NCBI GenBank assembly: GCA_963719085.1
Contig: CAVRAL010000004.1
Span: 768,001-832,000, forward strand
Source of the DNA: a candidate division FCPU426 bacterium
Lineage (GTDB): Bacteria; Oederibacteriota; Muellerivitia; Muellerivitales; Muellerivitaceae
Direction of reading: 5' to 3'
Length of the DNA stretch: 64,000 nucleotides
This document shows positions 40,954 through 51,021 of this stretch, one piece after another. The stretch's first letter is position 1, and every line of letters starts with the position of its first letter. The translations under genes were made by a program, and so were the position numbers. The notes under the pieces are model-generated. The model saw only the letters and a program-made list of their open reading frames with translations. It had not been told where the DNA came from and ran no database searches.

Positions 40954-41098
40954 TTCAAAGCATTTAAGTCTGGATTCAACAATTTACCGTCCTGTATTAT
41001 GCCCTTCATTAGGCCCACTTTTAAATTAACTCGAGGCCTTGTCTCACCGGTTCGACAAATTTCCAACATAAATTTCCGGTGGCCCGAAGGACTTTGTC

Positions 41099-42805
41099 AT
41101 GGATGTTTTCGCCCCTGAAAAAGAAGAACAGCACGAAGACCTGCGTCTTTCCCTCACGCACATCAGCCAAAAAGCCATCGGCTCCAATTTAAACGACCTT
41201 TCCCAAGTGTTGGAACTCGCCCATGTTTTTGAGAAATGGACCCACCGGGCCAGCACGGTTTACGGCGGTTGGATTGAGGATTACCGCATCCAGGCCCAAC
41301 AACTGGTCACCGATCTTCAGTCGGGCCGGCCCGTGGCCAAGTGCATGGAAAATCTTCTTCGCTCCCTGCTTCAACTTCACCGCGCTTTGGATAAGGAACG
41401 GGAACAAAAGGCCCAGGATGACGCCCCCGCCGCCGAAGGGCCGCCGCCGCAACGGATGCCGGCCCCCGCGCCAGCTCCCGCGGTCATTGCCGCGCCCGTG
41501 ATGGCGCCGCCCGCGCCGCCGTCCGTGGTGATGCCGCTCATTTTTCCGACAACCCCCCTCGGAGCGGTTTCGTCCTCCCCGGCGCCACCCCCGCTCCCTG
41601 CGCCGCCAAAGATTGATCCGGCCGTCGAAGCCAAGCAAAAATATCACGAGTTTCTCCAAAAAACTTTTGAGAATAAAGTCAATCACATGGAAAGCCTCCT
41701 GGAGGCCTTGGGCGAACTCACGCTTTGCCAAGCCCAATTGTCCGAAGACCTGCACGCTTCCGCCTTGTCCGAGTCCGCCGGGCTTAATTCGGAGGCGGTC
41801 CGCATGGAAAAAATAACCCGACAGATCCGGGACTTAGTCCTGGCCCTGCGGGTGGTTCCGGTCCAAGCCTTATTCGAGAAGGTGGCGGTCGAGGCGCGAA
41901 CCCTGTCCCAAAACATGCGAAAGCCCGTGGAAGTGACCACCGAGGGCGAAGAAACCGAGATTGACCAGCGATTGATGGAGGATTTGGAAATCCTTCTGAG
42001 CCACTTGCTTAAAAACACCCTGGAACACGGGTTGGAAAGCCCGGCCGAAAGGCAGGCCGCGGGAAAAAGTCCCCAAGGCGCTTTCCGGTTAAAGGCCAGC
42101 CATTTGGGCGGCGCTTTCGTGCTGGAGGTTGAGGACGACGGCCGGGGAATTTTGTTAAGCCGTATCCGCGCCCGGGCCCAGGAACTGGGCTGGCTTAACG
42201 CGGGGGAAGAACCCGCGCCCGCCGGGCTCATTGATTTTCTTTTTAAGCCGGGTTTCGCGCCCCTGCACGCCCAAGGCCGGGTGGCGGGTTTGGAAGACAT
42301 GGAACAGCGGGTTCAGAAATTAAAAGGTTCCATCCGGGTTCAAAGCCAAGAAGGGGAAGGCTGCCGGATCATCCTGCGCCTGCCCAAGACCCTGGCCTTG
42401 ATTGAGGGCGTTTTGGTGCGGGTCGGGCGCAAGCGCTACCTTTTGCCCATGACCCAAGTCCGTAAAATTTCCCTGACCGGCGTCCAAGAATATGAGGAAG
42501 GCGCCAACGGGTCTAAATTACTGCGCACGGCGGACGGGGATTATCCGGTCGTCGATTTAAACCAATGGTTCGGCGAGGCCGAAAGCGGCCGGGGCCGGGT
42601 TTCCCTTCAAGTGGAGGCGGGCCGCACCCGCATGTGTCTTTTAGCCGATGAGGTGATGGGCAAACAGCAGGTCATGATGAAAGGATTGGGCGACGCGCTT
42701 CAATCCATGCCGGGCATCAGCGGTGGCGCCATTTTGGGCGATGGCAAGGTGGGGCTCATCCTGGACGTGAACGCTTTGACCCAGCCTTCCTGGAATGTCC
42801 TGTAA
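41099..42805 (+). CDS. CheA-like protein 1 (dimerization, HATPase, CheW domains; degenerate Hpt)
   Basis: EALGEL, GEETEIDQ, HLLKNTLEHGLE, EDDGRGI, LFKPGF, LPKTLALIEG, GISGGAILGDGKVGLILDV. Confidence 0.85.
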   Translation: MDVFAPEKEEQHEDLRLSLTHISQKAIGSNLNDLSQVLELAHVFEKWTHRASTVYGGWIEDYRIQAQQLVTDLQSGRPVAKCMENLLRSLLQLHRALDKEREQKAQDDAPAAEGPPPQRMPAPAPAPAVIAAPVMAPPAPPSVVMPLIFPTTPLGAVSSSPAPPPLPAPPKIDPAVEAKQKYHEFLQKTFENKVNHMESLLEALGELTLCQAQLSEDLHASALSESAGLNSEAVRMEKITRQIRDLVLALRVVPVQALFEKVAVEARTLSQNMRKPVEVTTEGEETEIDQRLMEDLEILLSHLLKNTLEHGLESPAERQAAGKSPQGAFRLKASHLGGAFVLEVEDDGRGILLSRIRARAQELGWLNAGEEPAPAGLIDFLFKPGFAPLHAQGRVAGLEDMEQRVQKLKGSIRVQSQEGEGCRIILRLPKTLALIEGVLVRVGRKRYLLPMTQVRKISLTGVQEYEEGANGSKLLRTADGDYPVVDLNQWFGEAESGRGRVSLQVEAGRTRMCLLADEVMGKQQVMMKGLGDALQSMPGISGGAILGDGKVGLILDVNALTQPSWNVL

Positions 42806-43177
42806 ATTTTTTTCGAAGCCGGCTTTTTCTTCCCCGAGTTCAGCCTCCAAAAAAAGGGCGATTTTCCCCCGCGCGAAAAGTTCCGGTTGAGTTTTTTGTC
42901 CGGCTTCGCTTAAAAATCCGGTCAGGAATTAATGATATGTGGGTTCCGGGGAAGTTTCGCCGGATACAACCCTCATCGTGAAGGACAACCCGGCGTAGCC
43001 CTATTTTGGCGGAGTCGGGTGGGGCCGCGCTCCCCATCGATCCATTTTTCCAATTCCCTTAGGACAATTTACATAGTCGTTTCTTGAACGCAAGCAGGCC
43101 GACCCGCGTGAAAGGTTTCATAGTCCGGCGCTACCGTCCCCTTGGATGAAATTCCGGGACGGTCCAAGGACCCTTCG

Positions 43178-44761
43178 ATGACCGCTTCTTCCATGGAAAA
43201 AACCCAGGCCCACTCCACCGAGGAATTGCGCCGCTCGCTGCTTCTGTTAAGCCAGCAAGCCTTAGCTTCCAACTTAAAGGACGAAACCCGGGTTTTGGAA
43301 CTGGCGGAAGCTTTCGAGAAATGGACCTTGCCCGCCAGCACGGTTTTTGGATTGTGGATGGAATCGTTCCGGATCGAGTCCCACCATATCGTGGATGACT
43401 TGCGTTCGGGAAAATCGGCCGCCAAGGGGATGGAAAACCTGTTGCGGTCATTGCTTCAAGTCCACCGGATGATCGCCAAGGAAAAAGAGCGCCCCGCCGA
43501 AATTCCGGCCGGGGTCCCCGCGCCCCCTCCGGCGGTGCCGCCGGTCGGAACTTCGCCTGAGCCGACCGAAAACCATGAGGAAGAAAAGGAAATTGAAGCC
43601 GAATATGTGAAAACCCTGCGCCAAGGGTTGGAATTTAAAATCGGCCAGATGGACAAACTTTTTGAGTTTCTCGGGGAAGTGGCCATCGCCCAAGCCGAGT
43701 TTATGGAAGCGGCCCGGCCCTACCTGGCGGCTTCCGCCACCCTGCCCATGGAAGTTTCCCGGCTGGACAAGATGGGCAAACAAATCCGGGACCGGGTGCT
43801 GGCCTTGCGGTCGATTCCCGTCGAACCTCTTTTTGTAAAAATAACCCGCAAGGCCCAAACACTTTCCAAGCGCGGCGGCAAGCCCCTCCACGTGCTTTGC
43901 GAGGGCGGGGAAACCGAAGTGGATCAAGGGCTGCTGGAGGAGCTGGAGGGGCTTTTGGATCTGCTTTTAAAAAATTCCCTGGAACACGGCATTGAGTCTT
44001 CCGAGGAACGCCGGGACAAGGGAAAACCGCCTCAGGGACTTTTCCGGCTCAAGGCCAGCCATTTGGCCGGAGCTTTGGTCCTTGAAATTTCTGATGACGG
44101 CCGGGGATTGCGCTTGGAAGAGCTCCAGACCCGCGCGCGGGAATTGGGCTGGATGAAAGCGAAGGAGCAATTAACCCCCGCCCAATTGACCGATTTTTTA
44201 TTGCGGCCCGGGTTTATTTCCCCCTCGTCCCACGAGGGAGCGGCGGGGTTCGCCGAGATGGCGGAGCGGATTCAAAAACTAAAGGGCACCCTGCGGGTTC
44301 AAAGTCCCGAGGAGGGAGGCCTCAAGGTTCTTTTGCGCCTGCCGAAAACCCTGGCCTTGATCGAGGGGGTCCTGATCCGCGTGGGCCGCAAACGTTATTT
44401 ATTGCCCATGACCCAGGTCCGGAAAATTTCCCTCAGCGACACGCAAGAATATGAAACCGAAACCGGGGAGCCGAAACGCCTCAAGACGCCCGAGGGAGGA
44501 TGGCCGGTGGTTGATTTGAACGCCTGGTTTGACGAGCCCGTCACGGGACAAAACCGGGTGGCCTTGCAAGTGGAAGCGGGCCGCGTCCGTTTGTGTTTGA
44601 TGGCCGATGAAGTGATGGGCAAGCAGCAGGTGTTACTCAAGGGGTTGGACGAGGGGTTCAACGCGGCTCCCGGCATCAGCGGCGGCGCGATTTTGGGGGA
44701 TGGAAAAATCGGCTTGATCCTCGATGTCGAGGCGCTGGCCCGTCCGCGGGATTTGGCTTGA
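43178..44761 (+). CDS. CheA-like protein 2 (paralogue of 41099..42805)
   Basis: GGETEVDQ, LLKNSLEHGIE, SDDGRGL, identical LPKTLALIEGVL..VGRKRYLLPMTQVRKISL segment, CheW domain. Confidence 0.85.
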   Translation: MTASSMEKTQAHSTEELRRSLLLLSQQALASNLKDETRVLELAEAFEKWTLPASTVFGLWMESFRIESHHIVDDLRSGKSAAKGMENLLRSLLQVHRMIAKEKERPAEIPAGVPAPPPAVPPVGTSPEPTENHEEEKEIEAEYVKTLRQGLEFKIGQMDKLFEFLGEVAIAQAEFMEAARPYLAASATLPMEVSRLDKMGKQIRDRVLALRSIPVEPLFVKITRKAQTLSKRGGKPLHVLCEGGETEVDQGLLEELEGLLDLLLKNSLEHGIESSEERRDKGKPPQGLFRLKASHLAGALVLEISDDGRGLRLEELQTRARELGWMKAKEQLTPAQLTDFLLRPGFISPSSHEGAAGFAEMAERIQKLKGTLRVQSPEEGGLKVLLRLPKTLALIEGVLIRVGRKRYLLPMTQVRKISLSDTQEYETETGEPKRLKTPEGGWPVVDLNAWFDEPVTGQNRVALQVEAGRVRLCLMADEVMGKQQVLLKGLDEGFNAAPGISGGAILGDGKIGLILDVEALARPRDLA

Positions 44762-44762
44762 G

Positions 44763-45302
44763 ATGGAATCCACCGGACCGGAGCCTGAAAAATTCCTGAC
44801 CTTCCAATTGGCCGACGCCCGTTATGGCTTGGCGGTATCCGAACTGAGGGAAATGGTGGGCGGGGTGGAGGTGACCCCGGTCGCCTCGAATCAGCCCCTT
44901 TATTTGGGGACCCTGCGGCACAAGGGGCAGGTCATTCCGGTTTTGAACCTGCGCCGGCAGTTCGGCCTGCCCGAGGGCGAAATGACGCTTAAAAATTGTT
45001 TTGTCACCGTGAACCGGGAAGGCGCGGCCGAAACGACCGCGCTTTGGGTAGACGCGATTTTATCCTTGGTGGATGTGGCGCCGGCGGCGGTGGAGCCCGT
45101 GCCGGAACTTTTAAGCCCCGTTCCCTTGAATTACTTGAGGGGCCAGGTCCGTTTAAACGGCCAGATTCTTTACCTGCTCAACGTCCCTCAAATCTTGCGG
45201 GACGCGCCGGCTCTTTCCAGCGAGGAAACACCGGGAGCCTGGTTTGAGCCCGAAGTCCAAGAACTCAAAGAAAGTCGGGTTGAGATACGGCGGATCGGCT
45301 AG
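44763..45302 (+). CDS. cheW: Chemotaxis coupling protein CheW
   Basis: KFLTFQL...YGLAV..LRE...G.L..KGQVIPVLNLRRQFGL...WVDAI. Confidence 0.85.
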   Translation: MESTGPEPEKFLTFQLADARYGLAVSELREMVGGVEVTPVASNQPLYLGTLRHKGQVIPVLNLRRQFGLPEGEMTLKNCFVTVNREGAAETTALWVDAILSLVDVAPAAVEPVPELLSPVPLNYLRGQVRLNGQILYLLNVPQILRDAPALSSEETPGAWFEPEVQELKESRVEIRRIG

Positions 45303-45333
45303 ACGCACCATTAAAGTTGAAACGAGGCTGGCG

Positions 45334-46971
45334 ATGAAAATTCAAAGACGGTTGTTGATGGGTATCGCGCTGATGATTCTGGCCTTGGTAATCGTAGGGA
45401 TGGTGGGGGTCGGCTTCTCCTATAAGATTTTTGAGATCCAACAAGGCATTGGCCGCGACCAGGCCAGACTGGGCTATCTCCACAATGTTTCGGACGCTTA
45501 TATGAACGACGTGGTCAGCGCGGTTGAGCAAACCCGCAACGGCAACGGCTGGTCGTGGGAAGACGGCTTGGCCGCGATTCAAACCGCCGAAAAAACCAGC
45601 GAGGACAACTGGAAGTCCTATATGGAAACTGATAAGAACAAGAACGAAAAATACCTAGCCGCCATCGCGGACGCCAGCCTGAACAACAACAAGCATTTGA
45701 TGGAGCAATTGGAGGAGGCCTATTCGGGCAAGGACGCCAAACTGCTTGAGATTTTAGCCACCAGTGTGTTGTACCCCTCCCTGGAACCGGTGACCGACAG
45801 CCTCAAAAAGCTGGAGGATTTGACCCAGCAAGAGATCAAGGCGGAATCGGATCAATCCGACCTGTTTTATAAAAGCTCCCTGGGGATCACCGTCGTTTTG
45901 ACGGCGGGAACTATTGTGGCGGCGTTTTTTATGAATCTCTGGTTCGTCGGGGGCTTAAGCCGGCGGCTGGGATCTTTTGTGTCGGGTTTTGAGAACGGCG
46001 TGGATCAAGTCGGGTTTTCCGCGGCCCAGATTTCCGCCGCCAATTCCCAAGCGGCCTTAAGCGTTTCCACGGCCGCCGGAAGCTTGGATCAAACCCATGC
46101 CTCGCTTCGGTTGATCCAAAACCTGGAGCAACTGAACGAGGATCATTCGGGCCGGATCAACCGGTTGGCGGAGGAATCCAAAAATTCCCTGGCCGGAGCG
46201 CCGGCCCATTCGGACCAGGCCGCCCTGGTCCTGAAAAGCCTCCAGGACAATTCCCAAAAAATCGCCCAGAAAATCCAGGCCATTGAGCAAATCGCTTTCC
46301 AAGCGAATATTTTGGCCATGAACGCGGCCGTGGAGGCAGTTCGCATGGGACCCGCGGGAAAAGAGTTCAGCGTGGTGTCCGAGGAAATCCGCGGATTGTC
46401 CCAGCGTTGCGCCGAGTTGGCCCGCGAAACCACCCATTGGGCTTCCGAAAACAACCATTTATCCGCCGCCGGAACGGCGGAGAACGAGGGATTACGCCGG
46501 ATCTTTTCCGACAATCAGGAACGGCTCAAAAAATGGATGGAATTATTTTCCAATTTAGAGGCCTCCCATTTCGCCCGAAAGAAGGAGCTTCAGGACCTGC
46601 AAGCCAATTTCGGCCAAGTTGAAAAAACGGTTCAGGGACAAGCGCATATCACGGAAAAGGCGGTGGCCGCGGTCGACCAAATGAACACCCAGTCGGAAAA
46701 ATTAAAAAGTTTGGCCCAACAGCTGGCGGCCTTTTCGGGGGTCCGGGAAGACGTGGCCGCGGCCTCGCCTCGCGCGCCGAAGCGCAAAACCCAGGGTTCC
46801 AAGCCCGCCGCCGGCGCGCCGGCTCCCCAGCCCGAAATGATTTTGAAGACGGAAACGCCATCCGCCCCGCCGGCTTCCGCCAAATCCGGCTGGCCCCTTT
46901 TGAACTTGGCCGGCCGGACGGGGACGAATGACTCCAAAGTGGTCCGAATTGGTTCCCCCAAAACCGACTAA
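45334..46971 (+). CDS. Divergent methyl-accepting chemotaxis protein (4HB sensor)
   Basis: Two TM segments; periplasmic four-helix sensor; hairpin tip IEQIAFQANILAMNAAVEAVRMG.AGKEFSVVSEEIR. Confidence 0.85.
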   Translation: MKIQRRLLMGIALMILALVIVGMVGVGFSYKIFEIQQGIGRDQARLGYLHNVSDAYMNDVVSAVEQTRNGNGWSWEDGLAAIQTAEKTSEDNWKSYMETDKNKNEKYLAAIADASLNNNKHLMEQLEEAYSGKDAKLLEILATSVLYPSLEPVTDSLKKLEDLTQQEIKAESDQSDLFYKSSLGITVVLTAGTIVAAFFMNLWFVGGLSRRLGSFVSGFENGVDQVGFSAAQISAANSQAALSVSTAAGSLDQTHASLRLIQNLEQLNEDHSGRINRLAEESKNSLAGAPAHSDQAALVLKSLQDNSQKIAQKIQAIEQIAFQANILAMNAAVEAVRMGPAGKEFSVVSEEIRGLSQRCAELARETTHWASENNHLSAAGTAENEGLRRIFSDNQERLKKWMELFSNLEASHFARKKELQDLQANFGQVEKTVQGQAHITEKAVAAVDQMNTQSEKLKSLAQQLAAFSGVREDVAAASPRAPKRKTQGSKPAAGAPAPQPEMILKTETPSAPPASAKSGWPLLNLAGRTGTNDSKVVRIGSPKTD

Positions 46972-47116
46972 ATCCCCCCGAAGGCATTTCAAAACCTATT
47001 TTTATGGGTCGCTTTCGAGGCCGGGCGAAAGGCAAAACCGGCCTTGGAGTTAAAGTTCGGGCGCTTTTTCCCGCGGGTTGCTAGAATTAAAGCCACTTTT
47101 AACCCCGGGAACTTTT

Positions 47117-50100
47117 ATGCCATTGAATCCCAACCTTCATTCCACCAGATCCTTTTTCGCCCTTTCGCCCGAACTCATGGCGTCCTTGAGCCCCGGGGGA
47201 CAAATCCTCGAGGCCAATTCCGCTTGGGAAACCAGCTTAGGCTTCCCGGTCGAGGCCTTAACGGGAACCGCTTTTTTTGATCTTTTGCATCCCGAAGACC
47301 GCCCGAAGGCGGTGGTGGAGTTGAACCGGCTTTCCCGCGGTAAACAAGAAAAAGTTTTCTTTGAGTCCCGATGCATGGACAAGTCCGGCGCGGCCCATAC
47401 CATCGCCTGGACTCTCTTGGCGGTTCCCGCGGGCGAGAACTGGCTTCTCATGGGCCGGGATGTGACCGATTGGCGCCAAGCCGAGCGGGCCCTGGCCGAA
47501 AGCCGGGAAAAATTCCAAAAATTCAGCGATTCTTCCACGGAAGGCGTGGCCTTTCACGAGCGCGGCGTCGTGCTGGAGGCCAACCAAGCTTTAGCCCGGA
47601 TGTTCGGGTATGAACAGGCTTCCGAGATGGTCGGCAAAAACGGATTGGATTTGACCGACGGGCCGGGCCGGGAAATGATCCGCCAGCACATCCAATCCCA
47701 TTCGGAAGAATCTTACGAAGTCACCGGACTGCGCCAGGATGGGAGCGCCTTCCCCTGCCAGATCCGGAGCCGGGAAATTTTTTATCAAGGGCGCGCCATG
47801 CGGGTTTCGACCTTTCTGGATATGACGCCTTTGCGGGCCCGCGAAAAGGAAATCCTGGAAAGCGAGGAAAAGTTCCGGTGCTTGGCGGAAGCCGCCACCG
47901 AGGGCGTGGGCATCACCCTGCAGGGCAAGATTTTGGAGGTCAACCAGGCTTTGGCCCGGATGTTTGGTTACGCGCCGGATGAGATGATCGGCCGAAGCGC
48001 CATGGAATTTTGCGCGCCCGAAAGCTTGGCCGAGATGACCCGCATGTCGCTTTCGGATAAAGAAGAGCCCTATGAGGGCATCGGCGTCCGGAAGGATGGG
48101 ACCAAGATCCCGCTTCAAATTTCCGGAAGGGCCATCCCTTTCCGGGGCCACCGGGTCCGCGTCGCGGTTTTCAAGGACCTGACCGATCAAAAAAAGAGGG
48201 AAGCGGAGACCACCCAGCAAAAAGCCTTGTCCGAGGAAATGATCCGGGAGAGCGAGGAAAAGTTCCGGAAGATTTTTGAGGAGGCTTTTTTCGGGATGGC
48301 CCTGGTGGACCTTCACCCTTCCCGTTTCCGCCGCGTCTTGAAGATGAATTCGGCCTTTCACCAAATGCTGGGGTACCGCGAGGAAGAGCTCATGGGCAAG
48401 ACCATGACCGACTTTTGCCATCCGGATGATTTACCCGCCGAAGGGGGGAGCTTGGGCCGGATTTTGGACGGCCAATCCTTGCGGGAAGAAATGGATAAAC
48501 GCTATATCCGCAAGGACGGCGCCACGGTTTGGGCGCATATTATTTTGATCGTGATCCGGGATTCGGCGGGGAAGCCGCTTTTTGGATTGGTTATGGCCCA
48601 GGACATCACCCAGCAAAGGGAGGCCGAAGCGGCCCGGAGCCGGACCGAAGCCCGTCTTCGCGCGGTCTTCAACAGCGGTTCCCAAACCATGGTGGTTTTG
48701 GACCGGCAGGGCCGGTTGGAATCTTTTAACACCCTGGCGGAACAAGAAATGAAACGTATCCGGGGTTTGACCCTGGAAACGGGCCGGTTGATGAGCGATT
48801 ACCTGGAAGGCCCGCTTTTAGAATTTTTTAAGGATAATTTTAAAAAATCTTTGCAAGGGCAAACCCTGACTTCGGAGCGGCAGGTGACCGGCCTTCAGCG
48901 GGAGCATTGGTTTGAGTTCCAGTACCATCCGGTTTTGGATGAACAGGGTCAAACCACCGCGGTTTGCGTGACCTCGGTCTGCATTGACGACCGTAAAAAA
49001 GCCCAAGACACTTTGCGCCAAAGTGAGGAACGGTTCCGGCGCATTTTCGAGGACGGGTCCGTGGGCATGACTTTGGTGGCTCCGGACAAGAAGTTTTTCC
49101 ACGTGAACCGGGCCTTTTGCGATCTGGTGGGCTATAGCCCCGAGGAGCTCACCACCATGACCTTCCGGGACATCACCCACCCGGAGGATTTGGCGGAAAA
49201 CATCCTTTTAGGCGAGGGGCTGCCCCAAGGCCGGGGTTTTCAAATGCAAAAACGCTACCGCCATAAGAACGGCGGCGTGGTTTGGGCCAATATTACGGTC
49301 ACGGCGTTCCGCGATGAAAAGGGCCTCTACCTGCACAGCCTGGGCATCATCGAGAACATCACGGAACAAAAGCGGGTTGAGGAAAATATCAGGGAAAGCG
49401 AGGACCGCTACCGGCGGCTGGTCGAGTTTTCACCGGACAGTATTTTCGTTTACATGAATGAAAAGATTGTCTACGCGAATCCCGCGGGGCTCAAACTATT
49501 GGGTGCCTCCGATCCCGGGCAAGTGGTCGGGCTCCCGGTCTTGTCCTTGTCCCATCCGGACGACCGGGCGGTCGTGGCGCGCCGGATTGAGAACGTCGCC
49601 CGGCACCGGGGGGAAAACCCGTCTTTGGAGCAAAAATTCATCCGCCTGGATGGACAAAGCGTGGAAGTGGAAGCCCAAGGCACTTCCTTCGCTTATCAAG
49701 GCAAGCCCGCCGGGCTGATGATCGTCCGGGACATCACCCAGCGCAAACGGGCCATCCAGGCCTTCCGGGAAAGCCAGGAAAGCTACCGCCGGTTGGTGGA
49801 ATTTTTCCCCGAGACGGTCTTGGTGCATAGCGAGGGCAAATTGCTTTATATCAACCCGCCGGGGCTCAAAATGTTCGGGGCCGTGGAACCGGGTGAGATC
49901 TTGGGCCGGTCGGTTTTTGATTTTGTGTCCACGCCCTTTTTGGAAACCGCCCGCATCCGGGTGGAAAGCATCTACTTGAATAAGATGTCCACCGATCCCA
50001 TGGACCAGGTTTGGCTGAAACTGGATGGGAGCCCGATCGACGTGGAAGTCCGGGGAACCTTTTTTAATTTCATGGGCAAGCCTTCCATCCTGTCGATCCT

Positions 50101-50818
50101 TCGCAACGTCTCCGAGAGAAAACGCACCCAGCAGATGCTGCTTCGCTATGAACGCCTGGCCGCCGTGGGACAGGTCATCGCCGGGATCGCCCACGACATC
50201 CGCAATCCCCTGGCCGTGCTCTCCTCCATGACCTTGCACCTGAAGGAAAAATTCGAGGGTTCGGCGTCGGTTTCCAAGGAAGTGGAGACGATCACGGCCC
50301 AAACCAACCGCTTGAAGCGCTTGATGAACGACATTTTGGATTACGCCAAGGGCTACACCCTGGTGAAACAACCCATTGAGCCCAAGGCCTTCCTGGAACA
50401 ATGCCTCAAGCTGGTGCAAACCCAGGTGGGCGCTTCGCACCGAAACGTCCAAGTGCGTTGGAAAATAGACTCGCCGCTCGCGTCCTTTACGGCGGACCGG
50501 GAAAGGCTGGAACAGGTCCTGTTGAATTTGATCCTCAACGCCTATGAGGCGGTGGAAAAAGGCGGGGTTCTCACCTTGGGGTTTGAGGAAACCGATCAAA
50601 TGGTTTGCTTAAAAGTGGAGGACAACGGACCCGGTATTCCGGAGGGCGCCATCACCCGGCTCTTCGAGCCCTTTTTCACGACCAAAAAATACGGGTCAGG
50701 CCTGGGGCTGTCCCTCAGCCAAAAAATAGTCGAGGCCCACGGCGGCAAGATTGAGGCGGAATGGGTTTACCCGCACGGCACGTTGTTTACGGTGCAGATT
50801 CCCAAAGAGCTTTCTTAG
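47117..50818 (+). CDS. Cytoplasmic multi-PAS (8 PAS/PAC) sensor histidine kinase
   Basis: Repeated ESEE(K/R)FR..DIT PAS units; H-box GIAHDIRNPL; N-box NLILNA; DNGPGI; FEPFFTTK; GSGLGL. Confidence 0.93.
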   Translation: MPLNPNLHSTRSFFALSPELMASLSPGGQILEANSAWETSLGFPVEALTGTAFFDLLHPEDRPKAVVELNRLSRGKQEKVFFESRCMDKSGAAHTIAWTLLAVPAGENWLLMGRDVTDWRQAERALAESREKFQKFSDSSTEGVAFHERGVVLEANQALARMFGYEQASEMVGKNGLDLTDGPGREMIRQHIQSHSEESYEVTGLRQDGSAFPCQIRSREIFYQGRAMRVSTFLDMTPLRAREKEILESEEKFRCLAEAATEGVGITLQGKILEVNQALARMFGYAPDEMIGRSAMEFCAPESLAEMTRMSLSDKEEPYEGIGVRKDGTKIPLQISGRAIPFRGHRVRVAVFKDLTDQKKREAETTQQKALSEEMIRESEEKFRKIFEEAFFGMALVDLHPSRFRRVLKMNSAFHQMLGYREEELMGKTMTDFCHPDDLPAEGGSLGRILDGQSLREEMDKRYIRKDGATVWAHIILIVIRDSAGKPLFGLVMAQDITQQREAEAARSRTEARLRAVFNSGSQTMVVLDRQGRLESFNTLAEQEMKRIRGLTLETGRLMSDYLEGPLLEFFKDNFKKSLQGQTLTSERQVTGLQREHWFEFQYHPVLDEQGQTTAVCVTSVCIDDRKKAQDTLRQSEERFRRIFEDGSVGMTLVAPDKKFFHVNRAFCDLVGYSPEELTTMTFRDITHPEDLAENILLGEGLPQGRGFQMQKRYRHKNGGVVWANITVTAFRDEKGLYLHSLGIIENITEQKRVEENIRESEDRYRRLVEFSPDSIFVYMNEKIVYANPAGLKLLGASDPGQVVGLPVLSLSHPDDRAVVARRIENVARHRGENPSLEQKFIRLDGQSVEVEAQGTSFAYQGKPAGLMIVRDITQRKRAIQAFRESQESYRRLVEFFPETVLVHSEGKLLYINPPGLKMFGAVEPGEILGRSVFDFVSTPFLETARIRVESIYLNKMSTDPMDQVWLKLDGSPIDVEVRGTFFNFMGKPSILSILRNVSERKRTQQMLLRYERLAAVGQVIAGIAHDIRNPLAVLSSMTLHLKEKFEGSASVSKEVETITAQTNRLKRLMNDILDYAKGYTLVKQPIEPKAFLEQCLKLVQTQVGASHRNVQVRWKIDSPLASFTADRERLEQVLLNLILNAYEAVEKGGVLTLGFEETDQMVCLKVEDNGPGIPEGAITRLFEPFFTTKKYGSGLGLSLSQKIVEAHGGKIEAEWVYPHGTLFTVQIPKELS

Positions 50819-50955
50819 AATCCCCGACAAAACCTAAAGTCATTGAACAATGATGGACGCAGATAAACGCGGATTTGTTTAAATAGAAGATTTGATCTTT
50901 TTCCATCAGCGTTCATCCGCGTTAATCATTGTAAAAAATATTTTGTTAGAAGTTC
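50818..50955. repeat. Type A inverted-repeat element (50847-50932) with outer termini; inverted copy of 37421..37562
   Basis: ACAATGATGGACGCAGATAAACGCGGAT ... ATCAGCGTTCATCCGCGTTAATCATTGT; outer ends GAATCCCCGACAAAA and TTTTGTTAGAAGTTC; TTA on both sides. Confidence 0.8.
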
Positions 50956-51021
50956 TTAAGGGACTATCCTTTGTTTCACCGCCACGCCGCTTAAGGGGCG
51001 GCGCCTCCATTGATGCGTCGC

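Noticed and set aside
42806..43177. Long spacer between the CheA paralogues with small inverted repeats (CGAAGCCGG / CCGGCTTCG)
   Set aside because: No recognisable ncRNA or riboswitch consensus; stems are short for GC-rich DNA.
47016..47046. GCGAAAGGCAAAACC hairpin as a c-di-GMP-I riboswitch upstream of the PAS kinase
   Set aside because: Lacks the ordered GGCAAAC-P2(GNRA)-GACGCAAA-P3 layout; it is a single stem only.
49496..50599. 367-aa minus-strand ORF (and similar overlapping ORFs elsewhere)
   Set aside because: Antisense shadow of a well-supported gene, typical of high-GC codon bias.
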